From Raillietiella orientalis (taxonomy: Eukaryota): 64,000 nt of DNA. The notes beneath the pieces are model-generated. The model did not search any database and had not been told where the DNA came from. It worked only from the letters and a program-made list of their open reading frames with translations. Location of the stretch: positions 2,790,001-2,854,000 of the forward strand of contig JAYWIR010000012.1 in assembly GCA_036172245.1 (NCBI GenBank). The letters are read 5' to 3'. Each line of letters begins with the position of its first letter. Position 1 is the stretch's first letter. This document shows positions 24,250 through 36,449 of this stretch, piece after piece. A program made the position numbers and the translations under genes.

Positions 24250-25930
24250 ACAAATCAATCATCTAATTTGGAAGGAACACCAGAAGAATATTCGGCATGA
24301 CCATTCAAATTGCCCCCAGAGCTTCTAAGTGAAAGCTCGAAAACTATTGAAGTTGTGACAGCTGGTTCCCGCTCTTCGTCGAAACAGCTAGCGCAGCCAC
24401 CACCCCCCAGATTGTGCCATCTCCAAAAAGTGGAAATGTCGCTCGACCCGTTCCAAAACAGCAGGTTTCACTTGCCGGAATGGTCCGCGATGTAGAACGC
24501 GCTTTCATCTCCCCTCCCCCGCCCCTTGCTTTTTGCTTGCCCCCCAGCCATACAAAAGAGAACCAAGGACCCCTCAGGAAAACTCTGTGGGGTGCAGGGA
24601 GGTCCAGAGCCCGCTTAAAGGACCTTCGCGCTTCACACAAGGATGATGGACTGGACCTTCTTAGGCTGGAGAGGATGGAGTGTCAGCTCCCATTCCGAAG
24701 ACTCGCCCTTGCGTCCTAGCTGTGGATCACTCCCTGGTGCTCTCCGGCAAGAATTCTCGCCAAGCGAGCAACCGGCTGCGAGGGATTGACTTCGGTCGTG
24801 ACCGCCGGGCCACCGAGCGTTTGATCCATCTTGGCTCGGATCTCCGCCCTCCCCGCAAACTCGGCTACTTGGCTGTGGGAGTCTGTTTTCTCATGGGGTA
24901 AAATTAACGTCAAGAGCGAGGCAGAATACATCTGCCTACGAAACAGCAGATGCACTCGTCAGTTGTTAAAGGAGATCCTGGATAACACCAGGAAACTGCT
25001 TTGGGAGTGGTTCACCCTCATAGACCCAATTCTGACTTCTCTACGGGAAACAAGGGTCAGCGACCTTCCGGTAAGGTGGAAGGCGACGTGCACTACCGAA
25101 AATAGAAGAAAGCATCTAAATGAGTGGAGAACTCGGAAGCTGACAGATGCCGCTACCCCGAGTGTTCCTCTAAAAGAACTGCTACGATGGGGAGAGCTAC
25201 TAGAAATTCCTCCGAAGATACAGTGGCTCCCAGCGTGCTGGAGCAGTGCTACCCTCCCCTAAGGTGGCGGCAGTCGGCGGTCCTTCTGTTGCATTGGGGC
25301 CTCCCGTGCAACATCCACCGACATTATTGCACCCGCGGAAGTGCGAGCCTCAACTGCGGCAGGTTCAGGGAAAGAGAGTCCCCCCCGCACCTGCTCATGG
25401 ACTGTGCTGCCCTCCTTCCCTTGTGGGAACGCTTTGCCGCATCCCTGTGGAACCCCGAGGGCAACCGCAGAGACGTCTGAAGCGTCTCTTCCTGCGCGAC
25501 GCCCTTATGCCGGCCGCATCCCTTGAAGCATCTTGCTGTCTATGCCTCTTCATGGCTGGGATCGTGGCTGCATGGAGCAACACCAGAGGAGGCCAGAACG
25601 ACAGGAACGCCTCTTCATAAGGACAGAGTCGAGATGGTCTCATCTGGTAACCTTAAAACAGGAACTTGCTGGCATCTTGCTGCATAGGATGTCCTCCAGC
25701 ACCCGGTGATCTCTTCCCGAACCCACCCATTCTTTTGTATATATCTTTTTGTTTCATTTTTCTTTTTTGTTGTTTCCCTTCCCCTCTGCTGCCGAGGCGA
25801 ACCTCACTGGCCTGCGTGCTGGTTCTTTCTAGTATGTTTATGACGTGGCAGGACAAAGTGTCCTGGCACTGACCTGTACGTTTATTTTTTAGATAAATAA
25901 ATGCCCCGGCGCAACCGGGTGTCAGACCAG
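24250..25930 (+). mobile_element. LINE ORF2 post-RT / zinc-finger fragment with 3' terminus
   Basis: LRKTLWGAGRSRARLKDL...GLDLLRLER, RWKATCT...LTDAATP, LHWGLPCN...CGRFRERESPPHLLMDC. Terminus ATAAATAAATGCCCCGGCGCAACCGGGTGTCAGACC. Confidence 0.8.
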
Positions 25931-27019
25931 ACTGTGTCTGAATGCCTCTGACGTGGGGAGTTTCTTCGGCTCTCCAGAGACGGGCGACTCCGCAGTCGTG
26001 CAGCTCCGGCAAGAGAAAATCTCTTGCCTTCGGGCGGTGCGCAGAGGGACTCGGCACGCGGAGGCGCGCGATTTCGTGACCCCCGGTCCTGTCAAGTATC
26101 CCGCATAGAGAAGGAGCACAGAGGTGTCAGCTCGTCTGTAGACGACTCACGTGCCGACCGTGAATGTGGCGTTCAGAGGAAGAGTCACCACGCTGCGATC
26201 TGCTGTGACCAAGTCCTCGGTCCGAAAAACGACCCAATCTTTCCGAATCATCTCCGTTTCGATGGAATCGTTCTGTTAGCGTGGCATCGGTGGCGCGCGC
26301 GGGGCATCTTGCGCGTTTCGTGCTCTGGGGCAGGGCGATTCAAACGAAAATCCTCCGTCATCTTGCGAGTCAGCTTTCGAGAAACAAAGCTCCAGGAGAC
26401 CAGCACGAGATGGAATAACGAAATTGGGATTCCTGATCCCATTTCAAATAGTCGTCGGCAGCCCTAACCTGCTGACCGATTCGGTAATAGGTCGGATCAA
26501 ATATTGGCCGGATCAGATTTCTTTGACAGGAAAAGAAGTTTTGCTTTAGCACCACGGCCTTCTCGTCAGCCCATCATCGCTGTCCCTCCGCTTGTTGGCG
26601 CGCATTAGCCAAAAGCGCCGGAAAATTAATGATGATTCATTTGAAATTCTACCACTGAGACGATCCATGACCCACGGTCAGTGCGTGCGCGAAAGTTGCG
26701 GACAAACGTCGGAAAGGCATGTAATCTTAATTTTTTTAAAGTTTTAAGCCACACCCCTGACTCCGAAGTCAAAGAGCCTGAAATCTGAAGCTACCGAAAA
26801 TAGCTTGCTGGCTATCAGTCTTTACAGAAGTTTACATCTGAGGACTCCGAGGATTTGCAAAGCCATTAGGACAAACTACGAGTACGCCCGAATCTGGAAT
26901 CGTGGACAAGACGATGCGTTAGTGCTGGAGGCAGGCATTACACAGCATTGGGTGGCCATGCGGTTATGCTGGTTGGCCCACATTCGGGCAACATTGGAGC
27001 ACCATCGGGTGGCGTGGAA

Positions 27020-27662
27020 TTCTTCAAGACAGGGAGTACTCCGGGAGGGGACCACTCCATGAATCCAAAAAGGGCTCCGGAGAAGGGAGTCCGTTCCTCT
27101 CATGCCTGGGGAGGCATCCCCGAAGGGGACCCTTACCCTGGTTGTTGTCTCCAAAGGGAACTCGGGAAAGATCCTTTGTTAGGAATTTCTGCTCCGGAGG
27201 GAACCCGCAAGGGAACCGCTCCTGTTTACTCCTCTGAAGAGAATCCCGAAGGGACGCTTCCCGATTTCTCTGAGGGGAGCTCCCCGAAGGGAGCGGCACT
27301 CCTCTCTGCACTCTGGAGATCATCGATCCACCAGCTCCATGGTGCGAGACGGAGGGTTCACCCACGAGGGGGGAGGGACGGCTCCTTTACACAGCCGGAA
27401 GGGAACTCCGCACTCCTTGATTCCTGGAAAAACCCGGAGGGCCGACTCCCCATTCCGGCCACTGATCGAGGGCATCCGGTTTGAACCGGTACCGGTGGCG
27501 CACCCGAATGAACGTAGGCCACCCAGCGTCATCTCGCGGGAGGAACTCGAACCCACGACGCAACCCCCCCCTCTCTCGGTATCGAATCGTTCCGAGTATT
27601 CGAACCCACGACGTTTGGTGCCACTCGCGGAGACGGTGACCACATGGCCTCCGACGCGGGCT
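27020..27662 (-). mobile_element. tRNA-headed SINE-like element with hairpin array (near-identical to the 14.6-15.3 kb copy)
   Basis: 27178-27662 differs from 14840-15324 at only a few positions. Similarity stops at the same 5' base (GCCCGCGTCGG). There is an internal deletion relative to the other copy. Confidence 0.8.
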
Positions 27663-28429
27663 GGGTTGGGGCTGGATGCCTCCTCGGAGTCCAGTATTCA
27701 ATAATGACGCCTTCCACCAGAATTTAAAGAGAGCACTTGAAACATAACAAACGCAGTCACGAAGGAAGCAAAAGAACCGAATTCAAAGCGGAACAGATCA
27801 GGAAATTGGGTTAGTGGCGCGAATCCGTTTCCGGTTACACTTTGCAGGAGCACAAGATATATTTCAGAGCAAAAAAAGAAAAGAAAGAAAAACTGAAAAC
27901 GGCGGACGAAACAGCCATATTCCAACCACGCAAGGAAACCATGACGTGAACCATGACATGAGCAGACGCTACAAATGCGGAATACTAAAACTCTCGAGAC
28001 GGAAGATGCAAAGTTTCGAAATATTCGAACCACCTATGTTCGGGATGCACCCCCACGAAGCAAGCACTGCTCTGGTATTCACAATTCCTGACCCTACATT
28101 AGGTCCCTGTATACAATGGATGGCTATGCCCCGCGTTGTACGAATCGGCGCTGTAGAGTCCTGTAAGTTACATACACGTGGATAAGATGTATAAAACATA
28201 CCAAGTGCATCTTAAATGCTATAACAGCAAGATGTTTCACTTTAGAAAAGAGAAGAAAGGCTGAATGTTTTTATTTTTTGCTTAACTTCAAGTATATATG
28301 TATATAAAAAAACTTTTAGAGTTTCCTTGATATCCAATTGATGTGAACAATTCTGTAGTTGCAGCTCTCGCTGCTGAAAGACCTACCCCCTACTGGTGTT
28401 TCACTCATGAAAACTCAAGGGCCAGCGGA

Positions 28430-29589
28430 ATCCGCTCTACTCTAACTATGAGCTCGTAATCTCTTGAAAAAAGACACTCTCTTTAAACTGCGAGATCGCG
28501 GGGAGGGAAAGAAGCTATCGGGATGCTGGACGGCGCATCGGCTGATATTTCCGTTCCCACTCCAAAAGAATTCACCTCCGGGCAGATCTGTCCCCAAATC
28601 TCCTTGGAAGAAGTGGCGATCTCCACGGTGTTCTTTGACAGCTCTCCTTCCCTGAAGTGGGCGTTTCGACTGCCGCATTAGGCCATCCCATGAGACGCAC
28701 GCCTCCTCCACTGGACCAGGGTAAGTGTGGTCCAGGATTGTGCCAGGTGAGGGGAACGGGAAACCTTCCCGCACCTGTGGCTGGATCGCGTTGCCCTCCC
28801 GAGTGTCCGGGAGCGCTTCGCTGCGGCCCTCCCACTCCCGATGAACGACGGCAGAGAGGTCTTGCGGCGCCTCTTCGCGCGCGACGCGATGTCGCCTGCA
28901 GCTCCCCTTGCAGCTAAGTGCTGGCTTGGTATTGCGGGGGCGAGAAACCGCGCCGAAAGAAGCCAGTCGAACGATAAGGTCATCCCAATAGTCTGCTTCT
29001 TCGTGAGGAAGGCGACAAGATAGCCACATCTCTGCCAACAAAAGGGAGAGATTACCAACATTCTCCAAAGGATGGATGCTTTTGGAGTGTCTCGCCCTCG
29101 ACCTTTGACCACGTCCCTGAACTTCCCAGAAGACCACCCGAGGGCCTTATTGAGAAGAGTCTTCTTGTGTCGGCGATCACAGTTTGGGCTGAGCCCGCGG
29201 AATCGTGGCGGCTGGAAGCCCCGACGACAGTGGCCGTAATGACAGGTGCCACCTCTTTCACCTTCTCGTTCCTGAGGATCGCGGCGAGATGGCAGCACCC
29301 GATGCACAACTAGGAAGAACCTGCGGGCATTCCTGAAAGGTTGCAGAGGTTACCAGGGAACAACCTGTGAGCCCTTCTCCCAAAAACATGTTTTTTGAAA
29401 AAAAAAATTCGTTTCATATTTATTTATCTATTTTGTTTATTCCCCTTTCCCCTAATTTCTCCGGGCGGACCCCTTCCGGTGACTACTCCGAGCAGTGGAC
29501 TCCAGAAAATGTGAAGGTAGTGGCACTGCACTGCCCCTATAAAAAGACTGGATAGTTTAGTAATAAACGCCCCGGCGCACCCGGGTGAC
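28430..29589 (+). mobile_element. LINE ORF2 C-terminal copy with 3' UTR and terminus
   Basis: zf region (RHWTRVSVV...ARxGERETFPHLWLD), NDGREVLRRLFARDAMSPA, FLRIAARWQHP. Terminus TAATAAACGCCCCGGCGCACCCGGGTGAC. Confidence 0.8.
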
Positions 29590-29605
29590 AAACAGAAAGA
29601 CTGGA

Positions 29606-32600
29606 CTCGAGTTTCTCGAGGGACTGAGCGCCCGCTGGCTCAGCAACTCCGGCCCCGACGTGGCTCACCTCGTTGACGGGGACTTTAACGTCCACGCGCT
29701 ATCGGAGGAGTCCCACCGTCGCCGGCAGAAGCGGCTGGTGAACGAGGTGTGCGCGACAGTGCACGCTTCCAATTTTCTGGCCGACGATCCTGGGATGCGT
29801 GCCTTGCTGGACCATGTGTTCCTCGATGGCCACCTGCTCTGTCGGGTGGGTCGAAGGGGTCCCATGCTGTGCGAGCTCTCCGACCACCACAGGCTGGAGT
29901 CGGAGCCACTCCCTCCTGGCAAGGGCCCTCCGACACACGTCTGAAGGCTGCCGGCCGACTGGCTGAGAAATCCAGTGGCGGCGGAGCACCTCCACCAGCA
30001 TCTCCGGGGCTTGGTCGTTCAGGAGCTCGTGGACTGGGACGATCTGAAAAGATCGGTCCGCGAGTTCTGCAGCCGGTTCCCCTTGCACATGCTTCCCCGT
30101 GGCTTCGGTGAAGGCGTGGCCAATAGCAGAGCGTTTCTGCAGGCCCGCCGGATGTCCGGTATCTTGCGGAGTACAAGGCCAAGGCCGAGCGCCAGGTCTG
30201 GCAGTCAGAAGCGGCTTGTCTGTTCGACGACCAGGGCCTGGAATGCTCGAGAGCGGCCGAGCATTCCATTGAAGCACACTACTCCTCGTTGTATGCTAGG
30301 GAGCCGACGGAACGCAGTCTCTCCGAGCTGCTTCTGCCGGCGGATGTCCCTGCGGCGGAATGCGACAATTTGGATTTGCCCTACACGGCAGAAGAAGTGT
30401 CTTCCGCCATAGAGGGCCTGAAGAGGCGCAAGACTCCAGGTGAGGATAGTCTGCCTGCGGAGTTCTTCCAGTGCTTCGAGGTGGAACTCATTCCCCTGGT
30501 GCTGAGCCTTTCCACGCTGATGCGAGAGACGGGCAACGTCCCGGCCTCGTTTCGCACAGCAAGGGTGCGTCTCCTGCCGAAAGGCGGAGACATGCGCCAA
30601 TTAAACAAGTGGCGTCCGATCACCTTGGTGAATTCGGACGTCAAGTTGTTCTCCAAGCACTGTGTCGCGCGCCTAGGCAGGATCGCAGGATCCGTGGTAA
30701 GTCCGGAGCAGTCCTCGCTGTTCCCGGACGGTCCATAGAGGCGAACCTGTTCTTCGCGCGCACGTGGCTCGAGCTACAGAGATGCGTGGCGCACGACAGC
30801 CAGCGATCAGCAGCTGCGGCTGCCTCCGCTAGGCGAAGGTGCATTCGGCCTGAGGAAGCGCCGGGTGCCTTGACGGTCGCGATCGATCTCCACAAGGCGT
30901 TCGACTGCGTGAATCAGGATCTCCTTCTATAGCTCCTGGAATGCCTCGGTCTCCCGGTGCACCTCGTGACCTATTTGCGCGCATGCTGGCGCTCATCTCC
31001 ATCTGTTTTTTTTTTTTTTTTTTTCTAAAAAAATCCATCTGTTTTAGCGGCTGCCATATGTACGGCGTGCCGGCGCGGCGGGGCATTAGGTAGGGCGACA
31101 GTTTAAGCCCGTTGCTCTTCAGCATCTTCTTTGAGTTGATGCTGAGGGCGTACAGGCTGACACTGGCCAACCTGCCGAGCTCTTTTCCAGGTACGCCGTC
31201 CGCGGCAGCCTATGCCGATGACCTGCTTCTCCTTTTACCCATGACCACCCCGGCGTCCAATCTCGAGGGTTTCCTCGAGCTGATTCGCCTTGGAGTGGGC
31301 ATGAGCGTAAACAGGAGCAAGAGCGTGGTTGTTCCTGTTGGTGCGGCGCGGGAGGGGCAGTCCGACCGGATCCGCCTGGGGATCCCGACCGTTACGTCTT
31401 TCCAATACTTAGGCGTTCCGCTGGGGAACATCAGCCCAGTTGAAGCGTGGTCGGACTGCCTTCGGAAGGCTGCGAGTGCTTTAAGCCCGTTTCACCTTGG
31501 CAGGTTGCTCCTGCCGGAGCGGGCCACCGTATGGAACACCTTCGTTGCCCCCCTCTCACGCCCCCTATTTTTGTTTGTCCGCCCACCTACTCGGCCAATC
31601 TCCAGGCGCAAAGCCTGAGAAACGCTCTCTGGGGACCCGCGAGGTCCAGGATCCGCCTCAAAGACTTGGAGTCTCCGCGTCGGGATGCCGGCTTGGGCTT
31701 CCTGACGCTGGAAAGAATCGAACTGCAGGTGCAGCTTCGGATGTTGGCCCTGTGCGCCAACCTTTGGTCCACTCCGTGGTGCGCTTCCGCGCGCCTGCTC
31801 CTGCGGCGCTGCACCGGCAGCGATGGACTTCTGTCGCTCCGGCCGCACACGGAGCGCTCCACGAATAGCTTCGGTTTCCCCTTGAAACCGCTCTACCAGG
31901 AATGGATCTCCTGCCGCCCAACGAACTTTGACTCCTGGCGGCAGGAACTGTTGCATACCTGGGCAAAGCAACAGGATGTTTCCCTCTTGGAACTCCGTTG
32001 CGCCAACCTCTCTCCGTGCTGTACGGTGGATGAGGTCTGGAAGAGCCAGGAGAAGTGTACTAGTCTGGCCGTCACGCCCCTCGCCGACGCGCTGTCAGCC
32101 CTCAGGGCAAGTGATGACAGCTGCCTACCGGCGAGGTGGGAGGTCGCCTGCACCATCGCAGGAGCAGCCCGAACCATAGGCGGCTGGAGGGCTTGCGGGC
32201 TGGCAGACGCCGCCACGCCTCGCCACATCCCGAAGGGACTCCTTCGGTGGAGTGAACACTTGAGTGTGCCCCCCGAAGAACTTGTGGTCCCTCCCTCCTG
32301 TTTGAACACTTGTGTTCCCCCTTTCTTGGAAGCAGGACGTCATCATGCTGGTGCATTGGGGTTTTCACTCCAACCAGCGGACGAACCGTGTTTCCGGGGG
32401 AGTTGTTGTCTCGCCGAACTGTAAACGGTGCGGGGAAGAGGAAACGCTCCCGCACCTGCTCCTGGACTGCGGTTCCCTCCAAGGACTGTGGCGGAGGCTG
32501 GCGTCAGCTCTCCTGCACCAGGGGGACACCGCGAGAGACTTGATGCGCCGCTTCTTCACGCCAGTCGGCCTGTCCTTAGGTACGGTGGTCGCAACGGTCT

Positions 32601-32988
32601 GTTGCACCGCGCCATCGACAAGGCCCACCGAGAGCGGGAGACGTAGGCGATTCGTCGACAGGCCACCGGAATAGCCGACGAGAACATGACGTCGGCTGCC
32701 GAGTGGGCCCATCTTCCGGAAGACGTTAGGAGCGAGGGCACCGGCATCCACAGCCGGTTCTGAAGGAAAGGAACGGCCAAACCAAAGACCCCTGTCCCCT
32801 CCCCTCCCCATGTCTGTATTTATATATTTTTTAGATGTCTGTTTGTGGTCCCCTTCCTCCCGCTCCGGACTTTCGGTTTACCGACGTGCGTGTCGGGAAT
32901 CCCCCCCCTTCTTTTTTTCTGTGTCCTTTGTCCGGGAACTCTGTTCCTGGAGAGTTTAGCAATAAACGCCCCGGCGCACAAGGGTGAG
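29606..32988 (+). mobile_element. 5'-truncated L1/Tx1-clade LINE, ORF2 (APE endonuclease, RT, C-terminal Zn-finger), frameshifted
   Basis: EN: VDGDFNV, LDHVFL, LSDHH. RT: KTPGEDSLPAEFF, LLPKGGDMRQLNKWRPITLVNSDVKLFSK, IDLHKAFDCV, GIR*GDSLSPLLF, AYADDLLL, FQYLGVPL. Zn-finger: CKRCGEEETLPHLLLDC. Terminus AATAAACGCCCCGGCGCAC. Flanking 16-bp direct repeat with 1 mismatch. Confidence 0.9.
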
Positions 32989-34721
32989 AAACAGAAAGAA
33001 TGGAAGATTTAATGGTAAAATATGTATCTTTCACGATAAACATCTCAGCGTGACCGATTGGAAATACTCTCTTGAAGAACACACTACGGCACAAAACTGA
33101 AATTTTTCCGCAGCATCCTATAGGACTGATCTACCGCGTTATACGATGAATACCGCCATTTTTCCGTCTGTTACACGAATCCTCGTCATCTGGGAGTCTA
33201 TTGTACATTGCAGGTACTTGCATGCACTTTAGAGACCACGCATGTGCACTTTATTGCAAAGCACAAAACTTTTTATGTTCTTCGTTTCGGCACGCATTGA
33301 CGACTTTTCGGATGAGCACTTTAAACGCACATCATTCAAACGGCTCGGTAGGAGGAAAAAGTTCCATATTGAGCAGGAAGCTCAAACGAGATACTTAAAA
33401 CGAAGCACTTCACTAAACGGTAAATTTCATTTCGTCCCCGTACCGTTAGCAAAGCTCCCGCTTCAGTGTCAGCAAATCGGCGCTGCTTTTGATGATTCAT
33501 TTCCAAATGGCCCACGAGCTATCAAATTTCCAGGTGCAAATTCACATTACGTTCGCATTCATAATTCAGACGTGCAGTGTTGAGGAGAAACACGACAGCG
33601 CCTGCACAGTCTGAAGGTACAGACCCATCACATTCTACCACGGTGAAAACGCCTCACTGGCTGTAGCCGCATTACAAACTAAAAGGAATGGCTGAAACAA
33701 CCGGTAGGGTAACCACGGAGGTGAGGCTTTTGAGAAACAGTCAAGAGAACCGTGTAAACAGTAAAATCTGAAACACAGCGAGAAATGCGTCATTCGCTGG
33801 AGCGCTTTGCATCTAAGAAAGCAATAAACATCGCTCCATTTTTCGCACTATTCTATGTAAAAGTGATTGAAGACCGAGGGCGGTAGGGCATCGTTTGGGA
33901 CCATCCCATCCGTCAGCAGTGCAATCCGCAGACCTTCTGCAACATTCCATGGGCTCTGGTGAGACCCGGTAACGGACAAGCACCACAAGCAGAGCTGCCA
34001 TCGAGTCGCCAAAGGCAAGAAACTGCGGGGAAAATAATCGCAAACATGTAGGGAAAGTTTACAGAGACTGCGTTGCAGAGAGTAGAAGCACAGACAGACG
34101 CTGAGAGGTGAGAGATCGTCAGAGAGGAAGAACCAATCGCACCCATGAAGTCAAACGTGAATGGCGGGCTTAAGCGACGGTCGCCCAACTCTGCGCGAAT
34201 GGGTGATTTGGGTTAGCGTAGGGGGAAAGGGAACCACCGCTACCCTGTAAAGACCTCACGGGTACGTGAAACGAAATCTGCAAAAGCGGAGAATCTCTTG
34301 TACACAAATGCGGAGTTACAGAATCGCCCGCACTGCACAGTACCATCCTCAAGGCAACTCGCATGGGATCCACCAGAACCGATTCGAGCAAGGATGCCAT
34401 TCATAAATACGAAGCGCTGGTTAGTACTTGGATGGGCGACAGCCTGGGAACCCCGGGTGCTGTGACTTTACGCAAGTTTGGCGATCACGGCGAGGATTTT
34501 ACCGGAGGTGTGGATGTGGATCCAACGAACCCTCTCTGTCTAAAAACAAGGACTTGTATGCCTGATTTCCAGACGCAGGAACTCCTGGAAAAAAGAGGAA
34601 ATCCGGTGGAGAAATGGTAGTTGTAAACAAAGACGGTGATGACCTCATACCAGGTTTCAGCTCTTCCACGAGATTCTTGAACGAGAAAAAAATATGGAGC
34701 AAAAACTATCGACTCCATAGT

Positions 34722-34757
34722 ATCGCTTCTCGGCCTTTGAGCTAAGATCAAAGTGTA
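34722..34757 (+). pseudogene. U2: 3'-truncated U2 snRNA retrocopy (first 36 nt)
   Basis: ATCGCTTCTCGGCCTTTGAGCTAAGATCAAAGTGTA matches the conserved 5' end of U2 from nucleotide 1 into the branch-point recognition sequence. It is flanked by actccatag (34712-34720) and actccatgg (34759-34767). Confidence 0.88.
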
Positions 34758-34949
34758 CACTCCATGGCAGCTTAAGCACTCTTACAGGAAATGCAACAAG
34801 GAAGACTGGAAATTATTCGTCGAGTTTGACCAACGGAAACGTACTAAGACGTTCCGCCGTTTCCTTTCATTCCTACTTGATCTTCAGCATTGCCTGTCAT
34901 TCCAACACACTCAACAAATTAGATGTCGCTGAATCTAACTGCTAACAAG

Positions 34950-35480
34950 CATGAGCAGATGGGAACCACAGCACTCTTTACGAAATCTTTTCACTCCTTA
35001 TTTCCCGGCTGATCCATCTCCACGCTATGTTTACCCACGGATACTACAATTTCAAAAAGCACCACGTTATACCTGGAACGAACTTATCCTAGATATCGTC
35101 AAAAATTGTTTCCCGGCTCCACAACCACTTGCTTCGCTCGAAGACACTATTACAACTCTCTATGGCAAGTGTACTGGTACTTCGTGTTTACGTGAACATC
35201 TCCAGTCCAGCCACTTCCTTCAATTCGAAACTACTAATGAATCAATGTCGCTGAACGAATTCGTGGAGGAGTTGCAGACGTGAGAGCTCAGGCGTTAGGA
35301 ATGAAAGCTCAACTTGCGCAATTACAACTAACGATAGATAAAAGTGCACCCTCTGCGAACGCTGCACACAGGAGGCGAGCCAAGCAAAATCCCAGACCGA
35401 TCCTTCCGCAAGAACAGAAGAAAAAGCGAAGCCCCACAAAACACAGTCTCACAGCGTCGTGCTGCAAAGTGTTCTAACGA
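34950..35480 (+). mobile_element. Possible decayed LTR-retrotransposon gag-like remnant
   Basis: LEDTITTLYG...RE...FLQF...ESMSLNEFVEELQT*...AQALG resembles the capsid/MHR pattern of Ty3/gypsy gag. No pol or LTR was recognised. Confidence 0.3.
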
Positions 35481-36449
35481 GACGAGTGGGATGCGATCGA
35501 CCGGGAGAGAAAGCGGCAGTCACACAGATCATTCCCAGCAGCTCGCAGTGACTACATGCGGTAAGCGATGGAAGCCCAACAAGATTCAATCAATCAGACA
35601 AGAAATCAAAGTAAGGTCTTCCAGATCTGTACACTAAGGACGTCGAGGAGCTGGAAACTCCGGGTGCTAGCTACCACCATGTTCAACAGATGACATCACC
35701 TACAAACGTTAAAAAAAAAAAAAAAAAAACTTTCTTATCTAAGGGATACAAATCGGTGACTGCAATCCGGTGATTATCCCCATGTCACAGGAATCACCAC
35801 AGATAATAATCTGAAATGATCTTCGGGATAAGAGTCATGGGAGGTGACACATATTGATGTCCATACGATGGGAACGCATTCTCCTGTTAACCCTCCAATA
35901 ACATATAAGCTTCTATGAATGGCAAGGTTCCCTGTGACTCTTTTCCAGGGAAGTAAGCTAAGAAATCGACGAAGAATACGGGTATGTTTGTTGTCACACA
36001 TGTATTTATTCTTGATCTCCGCTTACATGCGTAAACGGTGGAATGGGCACCTGAAAACAGCTGAAAGACGACCGAGGTAGGATAACCGTAACACCAGCCA
36101 ATTGGTAGCACTTTTCAAGGGACACCGCGAGACTGGAATTTGATTTCTAGAATAGTAATTTTCTAAAAGGGTGATGGATTACGATGTATGCGTCCTTGCT
36201 ATGACTCGGATGCAGGATGCTCCAATAAACACGCTATGGGAAGTTTGAAATGGACCAAAAATTCATTTACAATTGTGTGTATAACCCTAAGCACAAATTG
36301 CAAATGAGATTTGACAAGAAGAAGGCACTCACCATGTATTCGAGGCATCCAAAGGTGGTAAATAGGAAGAAATTTCCGAAAGAAATGCCCTGAAATTTGA
36401 TAATTTTAATAAACTGCTCGGGAAATCTGGGACACCCCCATAATGCCCT

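Noticed and set aside
34660..34800. Apparent gypsy RNase H-like peptide (…KKYGAKTIDSIVSLLGL*AKIKVYT…)
   Set aside because: The middle of it is the U2 snRNA insert, so the resemblance is an artefact.
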